DNA of 64,000 nt from Hypanus sabinus (Eukaryota), in assembly GCF_030144855.1 (NCBI RefSeq), contig NC_082730.1:2976001-3040000 (forward strand), given 5' to 3'. This document shows positions 1 through 13,800 of this stretch, piece after piece; position 1 is the first letter of the stretch; every line of letters begins with the position of its first letter. A model generated the notes under the pieces. It worked only from the letters and a program-made list of their open reading frames with translations. It had not been told where the DNA came from and made no database searches. The position numbers and the translations under genes were made by a program.

Positions 1-785
1 ACAGGCAGCCACGAAACAAAGACAAAATCAACCCCACAGATATGAAAAAAGACCATTGAATACTCAATGTGCAAGAGAAGCAATCCATCACGCAAACAGT
101 AACTGTAAGCCAATCGTGCTTCTGAACTGAGATCTGCAAGAGAGCCCCATACTTTAGTGTAGAGCCATGTAAACTTGGTGGGGCAGCGATCTTAGTTGGC
201 CCGTACTTCACCTCAGGCCCCGTCACCCAGACCTTTCTGACAGCCTGACGTTTCCAATCTGGCTCGGCCCCTAACTCTCCATCCCAACATCGGGTTCTGC
301 CGCTTTGAGCAGGGATCTGAGGCAGCCCAAATCTCACCTTTTCTATCTGGGTCTCTGGTTAAATCTCCATCTGAACAACAGGCTCTGCCTCTTGGATACG
401 CTTCATCACTTCAATTCGACCTGTAAATCTCCATCCGAGGATCATGCTGGGTTGTGTCTGGTGCCTGACCCTGTAGCATTGATTTTGTCTGTAAATCTCC
501 ACCCGTAGATCGTGCTCAGTCATGTCTGGCGCCTGGACCCCGTGGTTTCGATTCGGCCTGTGCCCGATCCTTCATGTTTTTCACGCTCTCAGCAATGGGC
601 CTGCCAACTCGCCCTGCCTCGGTTCTACCAGATCGAATTGCCTCCAACTAAAGGGAAGTTACAGACTATTGTGATGATTGTTTGCCAGAAGAAGTGTGGT
701 TAACAAAGTATTTAGTTGCTGTCATTGTTTCGTTAGCTGGCAACCAGAAGCCACAGAGGTTCACCAGTGCCACCTTAACCAGAAG

Positions 786-835
786 TCACAAGTGGAACAC
801 AGAACCTTGTTCATTCTGCACTGTCCCACACACTC
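786..835 (-). CDS. Candidate short terminal exon of the IgV gene cluster (unverified)
   Basis: Pyrimidine-rich acceptor (ctcctctctgttccgatctcag) at 836-837; a phase-1 reading gives (G)VCGTVQNEQGSVFHL*. No protein homology recognised. Confidence 0.2.
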
Positions 836-1559
836 CTGAGATCGGAACAGAGAGGAGCTGTCTTGTTGAGCTGGGATTCGGGGAAGAAAACTGGAAAAGA
901 ACAGCTGAAGGCAACACTGGAAAATGGGGGAGAGGAAATTTTGAGGGTTAATGAAAATGTGTGACCGCTGAATGTTTTGGTAGAAGGGAATGGAAAATGT
1001 CGAAAAGATAAAAGGGAGTGTGGAAAACCAAGTATTATTAAAACATGCCAGCAAGACGCTGAGCTAATTACTAACCACCCTACTCCAGCTGCAGGGCTTG
1101 TTGTAAAAAGGTACTTTCATTCAGTCTCACAAATGTGTGGATTGTTACATCTATTTACATTATCAGGAAATCTTGACTTGGAAGTCTGTAGCTGTCTGAA
1201 AAGGAAGAATTAGAAATTGTATCGTTCAGAATCACCAATGTCTGAGAAGATTCTAAGGTGGCCACAGAAATAAGAGACAGTTGAATATCTGGGTCCGAGT
1301 GTTGTTTTGAATTCCCTGACAATATCAATATTTGAGTCCGAATGTTACTCGATTTGCCAGGGCAAATATTGGTGATGAGATGGGATCCCTTTAAATGGGA
1401 TATAGTGAACCCATGACAGAGAAATTAGTCCCTTGGAAGGGAAATAGACTGCCCATGAGTTTGTCCTGGAAGACGGGCTTCAAGACCAGGGACCTGGGAC
1501 TGTGTCAGACAAGGCTGCATATGAGGAGACCGGAAAAGAGAAAGGGGGCGACGATGAGG

Positions 1560-4500
1560 ATGGAAAGGATGCTTGAAGTACAGGAGACCCCAGGGGATGT
1601 ACCTCTTGTCAACAGGTTCACCTTCTTGGAAGCTGTCAGGACAGAAGATACTGCCAGTCAGGTCTGCGAGCTGAAAATTGGTGCAGAAGCAGAGCCGAGG
1701 AGTCAGACATCAGGAAGAGCCGTGGTAGTAGGGGACTCCATAGTAAGAGGTACGGAAAGGGGTTTCTGCGGCAACAGGCGAGACTTAAGGATGGTGTGTT
1801 GCCTCCCTGGTGCTAGGATCCAGGACATCAGGGACCGATAGCAGGGAATCCTAAAGGGTGAAGGTGAACTGCCAGAAGTGGTAGCGCATGTCTGCACAAG
1901 TGACATCAGGAAGAAGAGGAAGGACATTCTGCAGCGGGATTTCAGAGAACTCGGAAGGAGGCTGAAAAGCAGGACTTCCAGGGTGGTTATTTCAGGTTTG
2001 CTTCCAGTTCCTCGTGCTGGAGAGGGCAGGAACAGGAAGATAATGGATCTGAATGTGTGGCTGAGGATCTGGTGCAGGAAGCAAGAATTTACATTCTTGG
2101 ACCACTGGGATCTGTTTTGGGGTAGGGATGAATTGTACAAAAGGGACGGGTTGCACCTTAATAGGTGGGGGACCAGCATTCTGGCAGACAGGTTTGCCAC
2201 TGCAACACGGATGTGTTTAAACTAAGTAGTGGGGGGGAGGGGATGAACTGGAGTTAAAGGGAAAGTGAAAATAAGAAAAGTTAAAAAGGACAACAGAATC
2301 AATGGAGTAGAAAGCTCATGAAGGGATCATACAGTATGGCCAAGTGAAATAGGAATTGATATGAAAGGAGAGGGGAGTACCGAATGAAAAGTATTAAATA
2401 TGACTGCATGAAGTAAAAGAAATAAAGTAGATGAGCTTGAGGCTCAGTTGGAAATTGGGAAGTACGATATTGTGGGAATAACTGAGACATGGCTTCCAGC
2501 GGACAGGGCCTGGGAAATGAATATTCAAGGATATACATCTTATCGAAAGGACAGACTGACTGGCAGAGGGGGTGGGGTGGCTCTGTTGGTGAATGATATT
2601 CAGTCCCTTGCGAGGGAAAACATAGAATCTGGGGATGTAGAGTCAGTATGGATGGAACTGAGAAATTCTAAGGGTAGAAAGACCCTAATGGGAATTATCT
2701 AAAGGCCCCCAAACAGCAGTCTGGATGTAGGGTGTAAGTTGAATGAAGAGTTAAAATTGGCATGTCGCAAAGGTAATGATACAGTTGTCATGGGGGATTT
2801 CACCATGCAGGTAGACTGGGAGAATTAGAATGGTACTGGACCCCAAGAAAGGGAGTTTGTGGAGTGTCTCCGAGATGGATTCTTAGAACAGCTTGAACTG
2901 GAGCCTACCAGGGAGAAGGCAATTCTAGATTTAGTGTTGTGCAATGAACTGGATTTGATCAGGGACCTCGAGGTAAAAGAACCATTAGGAGGTAGTGACC
3001 ATAATACAATATGTTTTAACCTACAATTTGAGAAGGAGAAGGGAAAATCGGATGTGTCAGTATTACAGTTGAACAAAGGGAACTATGGAGCTATGAGGGA
3101 GGAGCTGGCCAAAGTTCAATGGAACAATACCCTAGCAGGGAAGACAGTGGAACAAAAATGGCAGGTATTTCTGGGAATAATGCAGAAGATGCAGGATTGG
3201 TTCATTCCAAAGAGGAAGAAAGATCCTAAGGGGAGTAAGGGGCAGAATAAAAATAAAAGAGTAGTAGTATAACATAGCAAAGATGAGCGGGAAACCGGAG
3301 GACTGGGAAGCTTATAAAGAGCAACAGAAGATAACAAAAAAGGCAATACACCAAGAAAAAATGAGGTACAAAGGTAAGCCAAGAATATAAAGGAGGATAA
3401 TAAAAGCTTCTTTAGGTATGTGAATAGGAAAAAAAATAGTTCAGACCAAAATTGGGCCATTGAAGACAGAAATGGGTGAATTTATTATGGAGAACAAGGA
3501 AATGGCAGATGAGTTGAACAGGTACTTTGGATCTGTCTTCACTAGGGAAGACACAAACAATCTCCCAGACGTAATAGTGGCCAAAGGAACTAGGGTAAAG
3601 GATGAACTGAAGGAAATTTATATTAGGCAAGAAACAGTGTTGGGTAGACTGTTGAGTCTGAAGACTGATAAGTCCCCGGGACCTGATGGTCTGCATGCCA
3701 GGGTACTTAAAGAGGTGCTCTAGAAATCGTGCACGCATTGGTAATCATTTTCCAATGTTCTATAGATTCAGGAACAGTTCCTGCTGATTGGAGGGTGGCT
3801 AATGTTGTCCCACTTTTCAAGAAAGGAGGGAGAGAGAAAACAGGGAATTATAGACCGGTTAGCCTGACGCCAGTGGTGGGAAAGATGCTGGAGTTAATTA
3901 TAAAAGAGGAAATTACAACACATTTGGATAGCAGTAGAAGGATCAGTCCAAGTCAGCATCGATTTATGAAGGGAAAATCATGCTTGACTAAACTTCTGGA
4001 GTTTTTTGAGTATGTACCTATGAAAATGGACAAGGGAGAGCCAGTGGATGTAGTGTACCTGGACTTCCAGAAAGCTTTTGATAAAGTCCCACATAGGAGA
4101 TTAGTGGGCAAAATTAGGGCACATGGTATTGGGGGCAGAGTACTGACATGGATTGAAAATTGGCTGGCTGACAGGAAACAAAAAGTAGTGATTAAGGGGT
4201 CCCTTTCGGAATGGCAGGCTGTGACCAGTGGGGTACCGCAAGGTTCGGTGCTGGGACCGCAGCTGTTTACAATATACATTAATGATTTAGATGAAGGGAT
4301 TAATAGTAACATTAGCAAATTTGCTGATGACACAAAGATGGGTGGCAGTGTGAAATGTCAGGAGGATGTTATGAGAACGCAGGCTGACTTGGACAGGTTG
4401 GGTGAGTGGGCAAATGTATGGCAGATGCAGTTTAATGTGGATAAATGTGAGGTTATCCACTTTGCTGGCAAGAACAGGAAGGCAGATTACTATCTAAATG

Positions 4501-5240
4501 GAGTCAAGTTAGGAGAAGGGGAAGTACAACGAGATCTAGTTGTACTTGTACATCAGTCAATGAAAAAAAGCATGCAGGTACAGCAGGCAGTGAAGAAAGC
4601 TAATGGCATGCTGGCTTTTATAATAAGAGGAACTGAGTATAGGAGTAAAGAGGTCCTTCTGCAGCTGTACAGGACCCTGGTGAGACCCCACCTGGAGTAT
4701 TGTGTGTAGTTTTGGTCTACAAATTTGAAGAAGGACATTCTTGCTATTGAGGGAGTGCAGCGTAGGTTCACAAGGTTAATTCCCGGAATGGCGGGACTGT
4801 CATATGTTGAAAGATTGGAGCGACTGGGCTTGTATACACTGGAATTTAGAAGGATGAGAGGGGATCTGATTGAAACATATAAGATTATTAAGGGATTGGA
4901 CACACTGACGGCAGGAAGCATGTTCCCGTTGATGGGTGAGTCCAGAACGAGAGGCCACAGTTTAAGAATAAGGGGTAGGCCATTTAGAACAGAGATGCAG
5001 AAAAACTTTTTCACCCAGAGAGTGGTGGATATGTGGAATGCTCTGCCCCAGAAGGCAGTGGAGGCCAAGTCTCTGGATGCATTCAAGAGAGAGTTAGATA
5101 GAGTTCTTATAGATAGCGGGGTCAAGGAATATGGGGAGAGGGCAGGAATGGGGTACTGATTGTGTATGATCAGCCATGATCACAGTGAATGGCGGTACTG
5201 GCTAGAAGGGCCGAATGACCTACTCCCGCACCTACTGTAT
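1560..5240 (+). mobile_element. CR1 LINE, near full length, decayed (ORF1 SGNH esterase, ORF2 APE endonuclease + RT)
   Basis: ORF1 pieces AVVVGDSIVRG..CLPGA and HVCTSD..DGLHLN (1395-2225). APE motif IVGITETW (2448-2702). RT motifs [33 protein letters not shown] (3729-4709). C-terminus TRGHSLRI..FFTQRVV (4725-5159). Multiple stops and frameshifts. Confidence 0.95.
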
Positions 5241-5313
5241 ATTGTGAGATTGCCCTGAAATAAGTGATTTAAGACCGGGGACCAGGACTGTGTTAGACAA
5301 CGTTGTTCCTTAC

Positions 5314-5359
5314 CGGTGGTGACCAGTGTTCCCAAGTTTGAGTAAGAACAGGTCAGAAA
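5314..5359 (-). CDS. Candidate 46-nt internal exon (unverified)
   Basis: Flanked on the minus strand by ttccctgtcccttctcccAG and G|GTAAGG; a phase 0-to-1 reading gives FLTCSYSNLGTLVTT. Confidence 0.25.
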
Positions 5360-6601
5360 CTGGGAGAAGGGACAGGGAACACCGAAATTACGCGGCGCAC
5401 ACCTGTATACAGTTCTGGTCTCTGCAACACTGACAGCACCAGATACGTTTTGATGAGGGGTGCTGAGGGACCAAGGAATTCTAAAAATGGAGAGGTGCCG
5501 ACCTGGTGAAGCTGTTATACAGGATAATGTGTAAGCTCAAAGCAAGGCCAGAGGAAACCGAGCTGAGGGATCGCACCCCTCACAGATTAGAGCAGAGCTC
5601 CACAGTCCCCTCACATCTGGTCATGGACAACAGCTGATGGGAGGTGGAGTCTCCATGAAACCCTCACTGATGGAGTGACCCAGCATGTGAGTGCCAGAGA
5701 TAAGACTGATCATTCACATCCATGTTCAGACAGTGCTGAGTGGATTACCTCCCTCAGCTTCCTCCTGAGATCCTCCATCATGGAAACCGGTTTCCAGACA
5801 ATTCAGTTCATTCCCTCTGATATCAAAGTACTGGATACAGCAACGGCTATGGGACCAGACTACACCAAGGTGTGTTACTGAAGACCTGTGCTACAGAACT
5901 AGGTGGATCTCTGTCTGACCTGTTCCAGTACAGATGCAGCATGTACCGAAATGTGGTTTTCTCATGTCCAGTCCTGTCCTCAACCGTGGTCTGATCCCAG
6001 AGAGACCACCTGCTTTTAGACTTGGGGGAGCTGGACAGGAGGAAAAAGAGGAAGAGGTGGATGCAACATCTTTGATAGAATCTCTGCATCCCTCAAAGAA
6101 GGTGGAGGTGCCCTTTGTCCGAGGTGGAGGTTTTCTTGAGGGTCCACGTGGTGGGGGTATCACCTATTGGAGGGTGCCGCCTTCTTCCCCTGTCATGGCC
6201 ACAGTCCAAAGGAGGACACCGTCCCTAAGAGAAGGGACTGGGGAGACTCCCGGGATACAAACTCCTCTGTGGATCAGGGTGATGCAACCATGATTCATTT
6301 GAGAGGTGTCCACTCTTGAAAGTTCCATCAACAATGGCAATTATCTCATCCTCCGGGGGAATTTCAGCTCCGCCACTGGTACACAGTGTACCTGTCAATG
6401 TCTCTGCAGATACTGACAGACTACTCCAACCAACACTCCCAAACTCTCCCCCTCTGTCCCCCAGAATGAATGTCTTGGACAAAGACAAGCAGTCAGTGGG
6501 ATTCAGTAAAGAGTGGAATGGCCAGGATCTACCATCACCCATTAATTAGGGACGTTTCAGGAACTGGTGAAACCCGGACCCCTTTGCAGTGTCTCACTTA
6601 C

Positions 6602-6904
6602 CGTCCACCTCCAGTCGCACTGTCGCCTTAGATTCAGCTCCAGAACCTACAGCAATATACACCTCATAATCACCGGCATCCTCTCTCCGCAGATCACGGA
6701 TTTCCAGGCTGAAGTTCTCGGGATGAAGAGTTATCCGTCGCTTGTACTCCTCAGGACCGAAGTAGGAAATGTTGCCACTTACACTCTCTGCTATTCTGCT
6801 TTCGTTTGATCTCCATACCACCTGAGAAACACCCTGCCAAGGTGTGATCCCAACAGGTAAGAAGACCTTCATTCCCCGAGTTCCTTTCACAGTCCTCGCC
6901 CAGT
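6602..6904 (-). CDS. IgV-domain exon V1, cysteine-less CD2/SLAM/CEACAM-N-like
   Basis: Acceptor tctcctcttgtctcctcAG (6905-6906), donor G|GTAAGT (6600-6601); 303 nt, phase 1-1, open. Encodes TVKGTRGMKVFLP..VVWR..YKRRITLHPENFSLEIRDLRREDAGDYEV..RLEVD: V-set W and D-x-G-x-Y motifs, no B/F-strand Cys. Confidence 0.88.
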
Positions 6905-9900
6905 CTGAGGAGACAAGAGGAGATAGTCAGCAGGTGCGCTTAGTGACTGGAGCAGGAATCAGAGTTGGGTGGGTTCTGAATGAGGACACAGTTTCAGAAT
7001 AAAGGACCACCATTTCAGACAGAGATGAGGAATGATTTCCCTATCTCCAAAAGGACAGGAATCGATGCAATTTTCTCCCCAAAAGAGTTGTGGAGGCTGT
7101 CACTGTATTCAAGACCGAGATAGTGTTTTGATGTGGAGAGGAGTTGGGGAAGGCATGGGAACAGGCAGGAGAGCGGAACTAAGATCAAGATCAGCCCAAC
7201 CCTGATCTCAGTGAGCGGGAAGCAGGGTTGTGGGTCTTTAAGGCCTCCAACTGTTCTTTGGATAGAGACGTAGATGGGAAGGTTAGCCTATTTGTAGATG
7301 AGATAAAGATTGGTGGTGCTGTGCATGGTAGAAAGAAGTGCCAATAGATGCAATTAGACATGAATCAGATGGAGACAATAGTGGGGAAATGTGGCTGCAT
7401 ATTCATAGGGTGTTAAAGAAGAGCACTGGCTTAGTCAAGGTAATGAGCTCAAAAGTTAGGAAGTTATACTGCATCTTTAAAACCTCCAGCTTAGAGATCT
7501 GCAGTATTGCTTTCTGTTCCAGCCATTTCATTGTAGGAAGTATGTGAAGGCTTTGGAGAGGGTGCAGACATTTAACATCCAAGTGCCTGGATTAGAGGGC
7601 GTATGCTATAAGGAAATTCTGGACAAACTCGGATTGTTTCCTCTGAGTGTCGGAGGTCAAGGATAGATCTGACACAAGTTTGTAAATTTTGAAGGACACA
7701 GATAAAGTAGATAGCCTGTATTTTTCTCCAGGGTCAAAAATATTGGACAAACTTAGGTTATTTCCTCTGGAGTGGCAGAAGCTGAGGGAAGATCTGATAG
7801 AGGTTTATCAGATTATGTGAGGCATAGATAGACAGACAGTATCTATTTTCCCAGGTTTGGAATGTTTAAAACCAGAGTACACACATTTAAAATGAGAGGG
7901 GCTAAGTTGAAAGGAGATGTGAGGCAAGTATTTTTACACTGAGGCTGGGAGGTGGGTGGTGGGTGCCAGGAACATGCTGCCCGTGATGGTCGTGGTGGAG
8001 ATGTTTAGATAGGCACATGAACATGAGGGAAATTGAAGGGGACGGACAATGTGTAAGCAGAAGGAACTAGTTTAGTTGGGCATTTGGTTACTAATTTAAT
8101 TCGTTAGGCATAACATAATGGGACAAAGTGCCTGTCCCTGCGCTGTACTGTTCGCTATTCTAAGATGTCTTAGATGACAAAGTCAGGAACAGGAAGGGAG
8201 CAGTTACTCTATTGGGGTATTCTATAGGCCCTTTGGTAGCAGCAGAGATCCCGAGGAGCAGATTGGGACGCAGATTTTGGAAAGGTGCAAAAATAACAGG
8301 GTTGTTATCATGGGTGATTTTAACTTCCCAAATATTGATTGGCACCTGATTAGTTCCAAAGGTTTAGATGGAGCAGAGTTTGTTAAGTGTGTCCAGGACG
8401 GATTCCTGTCACAGTATGTTGACAGGCCGACTAGGGGTATTGCCTGACTCGGTAACGAACCAGGTCAGGTCACAGATCTCCCAGTGGGTGAGCATCTGGG
8501 GGACAGTGATTACCGCTCCCTGGCCTTTAGCATTATCATGGAAAAGGTAGAATAAGAGAGGACAGGAAAATTTTTACTTGGGGAAGGGCAAATAATGAGG
8601 CTAGAAGGCTAGAACTTGCGGGTGTGAATTGGGATGATGTTTTGCAGGAAATGTACTATGGACATGTGGTTGATGTTTAAGGATCTCTTGCAGGATGTTA
8701 GGGATAAATTTGTCCCAGTGAGGAAGATAAAGAGTGGTAGGGTGAAGGAACCATGGGTGACAGGGGAAGTGGAAAATCTAGTCAGGTGGAAGAAGGGAGC
8801 ATACATGAGGTTTAGAAAACAAGGATCAGTTGGGTCTATTGAGGAATATAAGGTAGCAAGAAAGGAGCTTAAGAAGGGGCTGAGAAGAGCAAGGAGGGGG
8901 CACGAGAAGGCCTGGGCGAGTAGGGTAAGGGAAAACCCCAAGGTATTCTTCAATTATGTGAAGAATAAAAGGATGACAGGAGTGGAGGTAGGACCAATTA
9001 GAGATAAAGGTGGGAAGATGTGCTTGGAGGCTGTGGAAGTGAGCGAGGTCCTCAATGAATACTTCTCTTCATTCTTCACCAACAAGAGGGAACTTGATAA
9101 CGGTGAGGACAATATGAGTGAGGTTGATGATCTGGAGCACGTTGAGATTAAAGGAGAGGAGTTGTCGGAGTTGTTAAAATACATTATTTCGGATAAGTCC
9201 CCGGGGCCTGACTGAATATTCCCCAGGCTGCTCCACGAGGCAAGGGAACAGATTGCTGAGCCTCTGGCTAGGACAGGGGTCAGCAACCTTTACCACTGAA
9301 AGAGCCACTTGGACCCGTTTCCCACAGAAAAGAAAACACTGGGAGCCGCAAAACCCGTTTGACATTTAAAATGAAATAACACTGCATACATCGTTTTGTT
9401 TTGCCTTTATGCTATGTATAAACAAACTATAATGTGTTGCATTTATGAAATTGAGGAACTCCTGCAGAGAAAACGAAATTACATTTCTGCATGCAACAAA
9501 AACATTTTGACCTCCGAAAAAAAGACGTTGGGTTGAAGGTTACTTTTAAGTAAAATACTCAATGTCTATTTGAGTCCTTCTTGTATTTATGAAAAACGCC
9601 AAACTTAAATTTGCCGCCAGCAGCAAACCAAAAATAACGTCAGCCAGCTGTCAACCTGAAAAATAAAAGGACTATTTCACTGAACAATGAAAACATATGA
9701 ATATACGTAAAATAATAGGCAATTAAAATATTTATCATACTTGGTCAGGTTGACTCACACCTGACAATGCAGTCGTATTCAGTAGGGATGGATTGATGCT
9801 TAGGGGAGTGACCGGGAAGGATAATGTGTTTTTTTCCTCTCTGAACTCACAGAAGCATTTCCCAAACGATGTTTGCATTGCGATGATTGCAGAATGTAAA

Positions 9901-10247
9901 TACTCCGAATTTATCATGTCGTGACCTTGTTTGAACTCTCTCAAATTGGGGAAGTGAGACAATGTGCCTTTCTGTAAATCTCTGGCAAGCAACGTCAGCT
10001 TGCGCTCGAATGCCAAAACATCCTCCAACATGTGCAGGGCTGTGTGTCCTTTCCCCTGAAGAGCTGTGTTCAGCGTGTTCAGGTGCGCTGTCATGTCTAC
10101 CATGAAGTGTAGCTTTTCCAGCCACTCTGGCTGTTCCAGCTCAGGAAAGGTGAGCCCTTTGCTGCCCAGGAAAGTTTTCACTTCTTCCAGACACGCGACA
10201 AAGCGTTTCAGCACCTCCCCTCTGGACAGCCAGCGATAAAAACACGT

Positions 10248-10462
10248 TGTAGCGGTGTGCTACACGCAGTCAGTAAACTGCAGTCAAAGATAGCTTTATT
10301 CGAACTAAACAGCCTTGCTTTTAAGCCTCCCTCAACCCGCCCCCCATGGGCGCGGATGCTGCAAAAGACACGTACTCACAAACCCCCGTAGGCTATCTCC
10401 CTTAGCCTGAACGCTGGCTAATTGTGAGCCGGTTCGGATGTGTCAGGAAATGGGTCGCCACA
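10248..10462. mobile_element. Short (215 bp) solo LTR-like element
   Basis: TGTAGC...GCCACA termini; 4-bp TSD ACGT. Confidence 0.8.
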
Positions 10463-10567
10463 ACGTCTTATTTAGATTGTACAAGATCACCATAATCTTC
10501 AAATTTAGATTTACATTTCAAAAACTAACAAACTAACATAAAATACATTTTAATTAAATACTGACCA

Positions 10568-10782
10568 TGTAGCGGTGTGCTACACGCAGCGCTAAAATTA
10601 CGACACGGAGTCGGTAACTGCAGTCGAAGGAAAAAACTTTATTCGAAATCTTCAGCCTCACTTTTAAGCCTCCCTCAACCTGCCCCCCATGGTGCAGAGG
10701 CTCCAAAGCTCTGTGCTCGCAAACCCCCGTAGGCTATCTAATTGTGAGTCGGTTCGGATGTGCCAGGAAAAGGGTCGCCACA
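10568..10782. mobile_element. Short (215 bp) solo LTR-like element, same family
   Basis: TGTAGC...GCCACA termini; 4-bp TSD ACCA. Confidence 0.8.
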
Positions 10783-12509
10783 ACCAATTATTTCCCAAAG
10801 CAACAGGGAGCCGCAGCACAGACGTAAAAGAGCCACATGTGGCTCCGGAGCCGCGGGTTGCCGACCCCCGGGCTAGGATCTTTATGTCCTCGTTGTCCAC
10901 GGGAATGGTACTGGAGGATTGGATGGAGGCAAATGTTGTACCCTTGTTCAAAAAAGGTAGTAGGGATAGTCTGGGTAATTATAGACCAGTGAGCCTTACA
11001 CCTGTGGTGGGAAAACTGTTGGAAAAGATTCTTGGAGATAGGATCTATGGGCATTTAATCAGGGACAGTCAGCATGGCTTTGTGAAGTGCAGATTGTGTC
11101 TAAGAAGCCTGATAGAGTTCTTTGAGGAGGTGACCAGGCATATAGATGAGGGTAGTGCAGTGGATGTGATCTACATTGATTTTAGTAAGGCATTTGACAA
11201 GGTTCCACACGATAGGCTTATTCAGAACGTCAGAAAGCATGGGATCCCGGGAAGTTTGGCCAGGTGGATTAAGAATTGGCTTGCTTGTAGAAGGCAGAGG
11301 GTCGTGGTGGAGGGAGTACATTCAGACTGGAGGGTTGTGACTAGTGGTGTCCCGCAAGGATCTGTTCTGGGACCTCCACTTTTCATGATTTTTACTAACG
11401 ACCTGGATGTGGGGGTAGAAGGGTGGGTTGGCAAGCTTGCAGATGACAGAAAGGTTGGTGGTGTTGTAGATAGTGTAGAGGATTGTCGAAGATTGCAGAG
11501 AGACATTGATAGGATGCAGAAGTGAGCTGAGAAGTGGCAGATGGAGTTCAACCAGAATAAGTGTGAGGTAGTGCACTTTGGAAGGACAAACTCCAAGGCA
11601 GAGTACAAAGTAAATGGTCGGATATTTTATAGTGTGGAGGAGCAGAAGGATCTGGGGGTACATGTCCACAGATCCCTGAAACTTGCCTCACAGGTAGATA
11701 GGGTAGTTAAGAAAGCTTATGGGGTGTTAGCTTTCATAAGTTGAGGGATAGAGTTTAAGAGTTGTGATGTAATGATGCAGCTCTATAAAACTCTCGTTAG
11801 GCTACACTTGGAGTACTGTGTCCAGTTCTGGTTACCTCACTATAGGAAGGATGTGGAAGCATTGGAAACGGTACAGAGGAGATTTACCAGGATGCTGCCT
11901 GGTTCAGATAGTATGGATTATGATCAGAGATTAAGGGAGCTAGGGCTTTACTCTTTGGAGAGCAGGAGGATGAGAGGAGACATGATAGAGGTGTACAAGA
12001 TATTAAGAGGAATAGATAGAGTGGACAGCCAGTGCTTCTTCCCCAGGCACCACTGCTCAGTACAAGAGGACATTGCTTTAAGGTAAGAAGAGGGAAGTTC
12101 TAGGGCAATATTAGAGGAAGATTTCTTTTTTTACTCAGAGAGTGGTTGGTGCGTGGAATGCACTACCTGAGCCAGTGCTGGACGGAGATTTACTAGTGAA
12201 GTTTAAGAGACTACTAGACAGGTGTATGGAGGAATTTAAGGTGTGTGGGGGGTTATATGGGAGGCAGGGTTTGAGGGTCGGCACAACATTGTGGGCCAAA
12301 GGGCCTGTAATGTGCTGCACTATTCTGTGTTCTAAGGCAACAAGGTAACAGAAGGCCAGGAGCAACTGGTTGAGGCTGGTGGGCATGATGAATGGACAAG
12401 GGCTGTGGAGGAAAGCTGCGATAAAATAAGACTACAAGTGAAGAATTGGGAACCAGTGTCAGGTGTTTCCTGTTAGCTGGGAGGAGAAAGGAAGGTGCAG
12501 GCTTGCCAC

Positions 12510-13800
12510 CTCTCACACATGCCCATTACAGTGAGTCCGCTTTCCAATCACCTCTCACACACACCCATTTCCGTCAGTCCCCTTTGCAATCACCTCTTAC
12601 ACTCCCAGTACCGTCAGTCCCCTTTCCAAGCCTCTCACACACACCCATTACCGTTGTTACGTACTCGTGACATATGACTTTGAAGCTATACTGGACTTGA
12701 GGTAATGGTCTTGTGATGGTGGAGTGATGTCATTTTCCCGCCAGTAGAGATCATGTGACAGGTTTTTTTTACAAGTTATAAAAGGAAGACCCCACCCTGT
12801 GAGGAGGGGCAGTTCATGGCTGGATTTGCCAAGTTGACTTCATGCCACTGCGTGATTTAATGTGATAATGCAGTTTAGTTGAAAGATGAAGTGTTATCTA
12901 ATGCCTAAAGTTTAAAAGGACATTGCCAGCAGGTTCTTTACAATACTGCAAGTTTGAGAATCAGTGGAGAGTGAAGATCGGAGTTCGTGAGTTAAAGATC
13001 GAGGAGAGTCGATTTTCGACGGTGAAACGGGTTTGGCCTTGTTTAATCCTTATTCGGAAAGAATTCGTTGACTGTTCTCGTGTTAATCTCTGCGGGATAG
13101 CAGAAGATTGAGGACAGTGTGATAAAGGAAAGGTCAGTGCCTTTAAGCCGTTTCGTTTCGTTTCGTAAATTCTTCATAGGAAGTTCGACGTCGGGGATCG
13201 AAGCAAAATGACGTGAAAGAGAATTTAAATCGTCTTAAAAAATCTCTCCCTTAAATGAACCGTGAGCATTTTGAACTTGTGGCAATCCTACTTAAAAGAA
13301 CTGTTTTTGCAGCATCGCTTTAAGAGCTGTTTGAGCTGCATCGCTTTAAGAACTGTTTGAGCTGCTGCACAGCAGCTGATTTCCGGTTACGTTAGTGTTT
13401 GTTTACTTTTGGGGGGTTTCTTTTCAGTGTTTAATAAACGTGTTGTTTGTTGTAAAGACCCTTGCCAAACTCATATATTTATTGTTGCCTGATTATGTAA
13501 CACCGTCAATCCCCTTTCCAATCCTCTCACACACACCCATTACCATCAATCCCCTTTCCGATCCCCTCACACACTCCCATTATCGTCAGTCCCCTTTCAA
13601 AACCTCTCTCACACACCCATTAATGTCAGTCTCCTTTCCGGTCACCTCTTGCACACCCATTATCATTCGTCCCCTTTCCAAACCTATCACACACACCCAT
13701 TACTGTCAGTCCCCTTTCCAATCACCTCTCTCACATACCCATTACTGTGAGTCCCATTCTGAGCATTTCTCACTTCCCATTATCGTCAGTCCTCTTTCCC
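12510..13800. repeat. ~40-bp degenerate minisatellite (ctctcacacacacccattaccgtcagtcccctttccaatcac), split by a solo LTR
   Basis: About 11-12 imperfect copies at 12510-12654 and 13503-13800. Confidence 0.85.
12655..13502. mobile_element. Solo LTR (848 bp)
   Basis: TGTTAC...GTAACA termini; TSD CCGT (12651-12654, 13503-13506); AATAAA near the right end; homologous to 56672-61511. Confidence 0.88.

Larger units (their letters stand above)
9274..10870 (-). mobile_element. hAT DNA transposon (SPIN/Buster/Charlie-like), internally deleted
   Basis: TIRs caggggtcagcaacc / ggttgccgacccccg; perfect 8-bp TSD GGCTAGGA (9266-9273, 10871-10878); transposase fragment WLSRGEVLKRFVAC..FMVDMTAHLNTLN (9735-10235). 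Confidence 0.93.
8165..12345 (+). mobile_element. CR1 LINE, 5'-truncated, interrupted by a hAT element
   Basis: APE/RT ORF2 fragments (8634-9215, 10880-11525, 11541-12348). The reading EQIAEPLAR|IFMSSLSTG resumes across the hAT insertion. Confidence 0.93.

Noticed and set aside
329-520. Recurring taaatctcca motif at ~65-bp spacing, CRISPR-like at a glance
   Set aside because: Short and degenerate, the intervening segments share similarity, and the context is eukaryotic with no cas genes; probably a decayed minisatellite or TE UTR.
6225-6403. Exon after V1 (ETLTGTLCTSGGAEIPPEDEII..) as a C2 domain or conserved tail
   Set aside because: No C2 Cys/Trp pattern, and the unit B paralogue differs by an 11-nt frameshifting indel.
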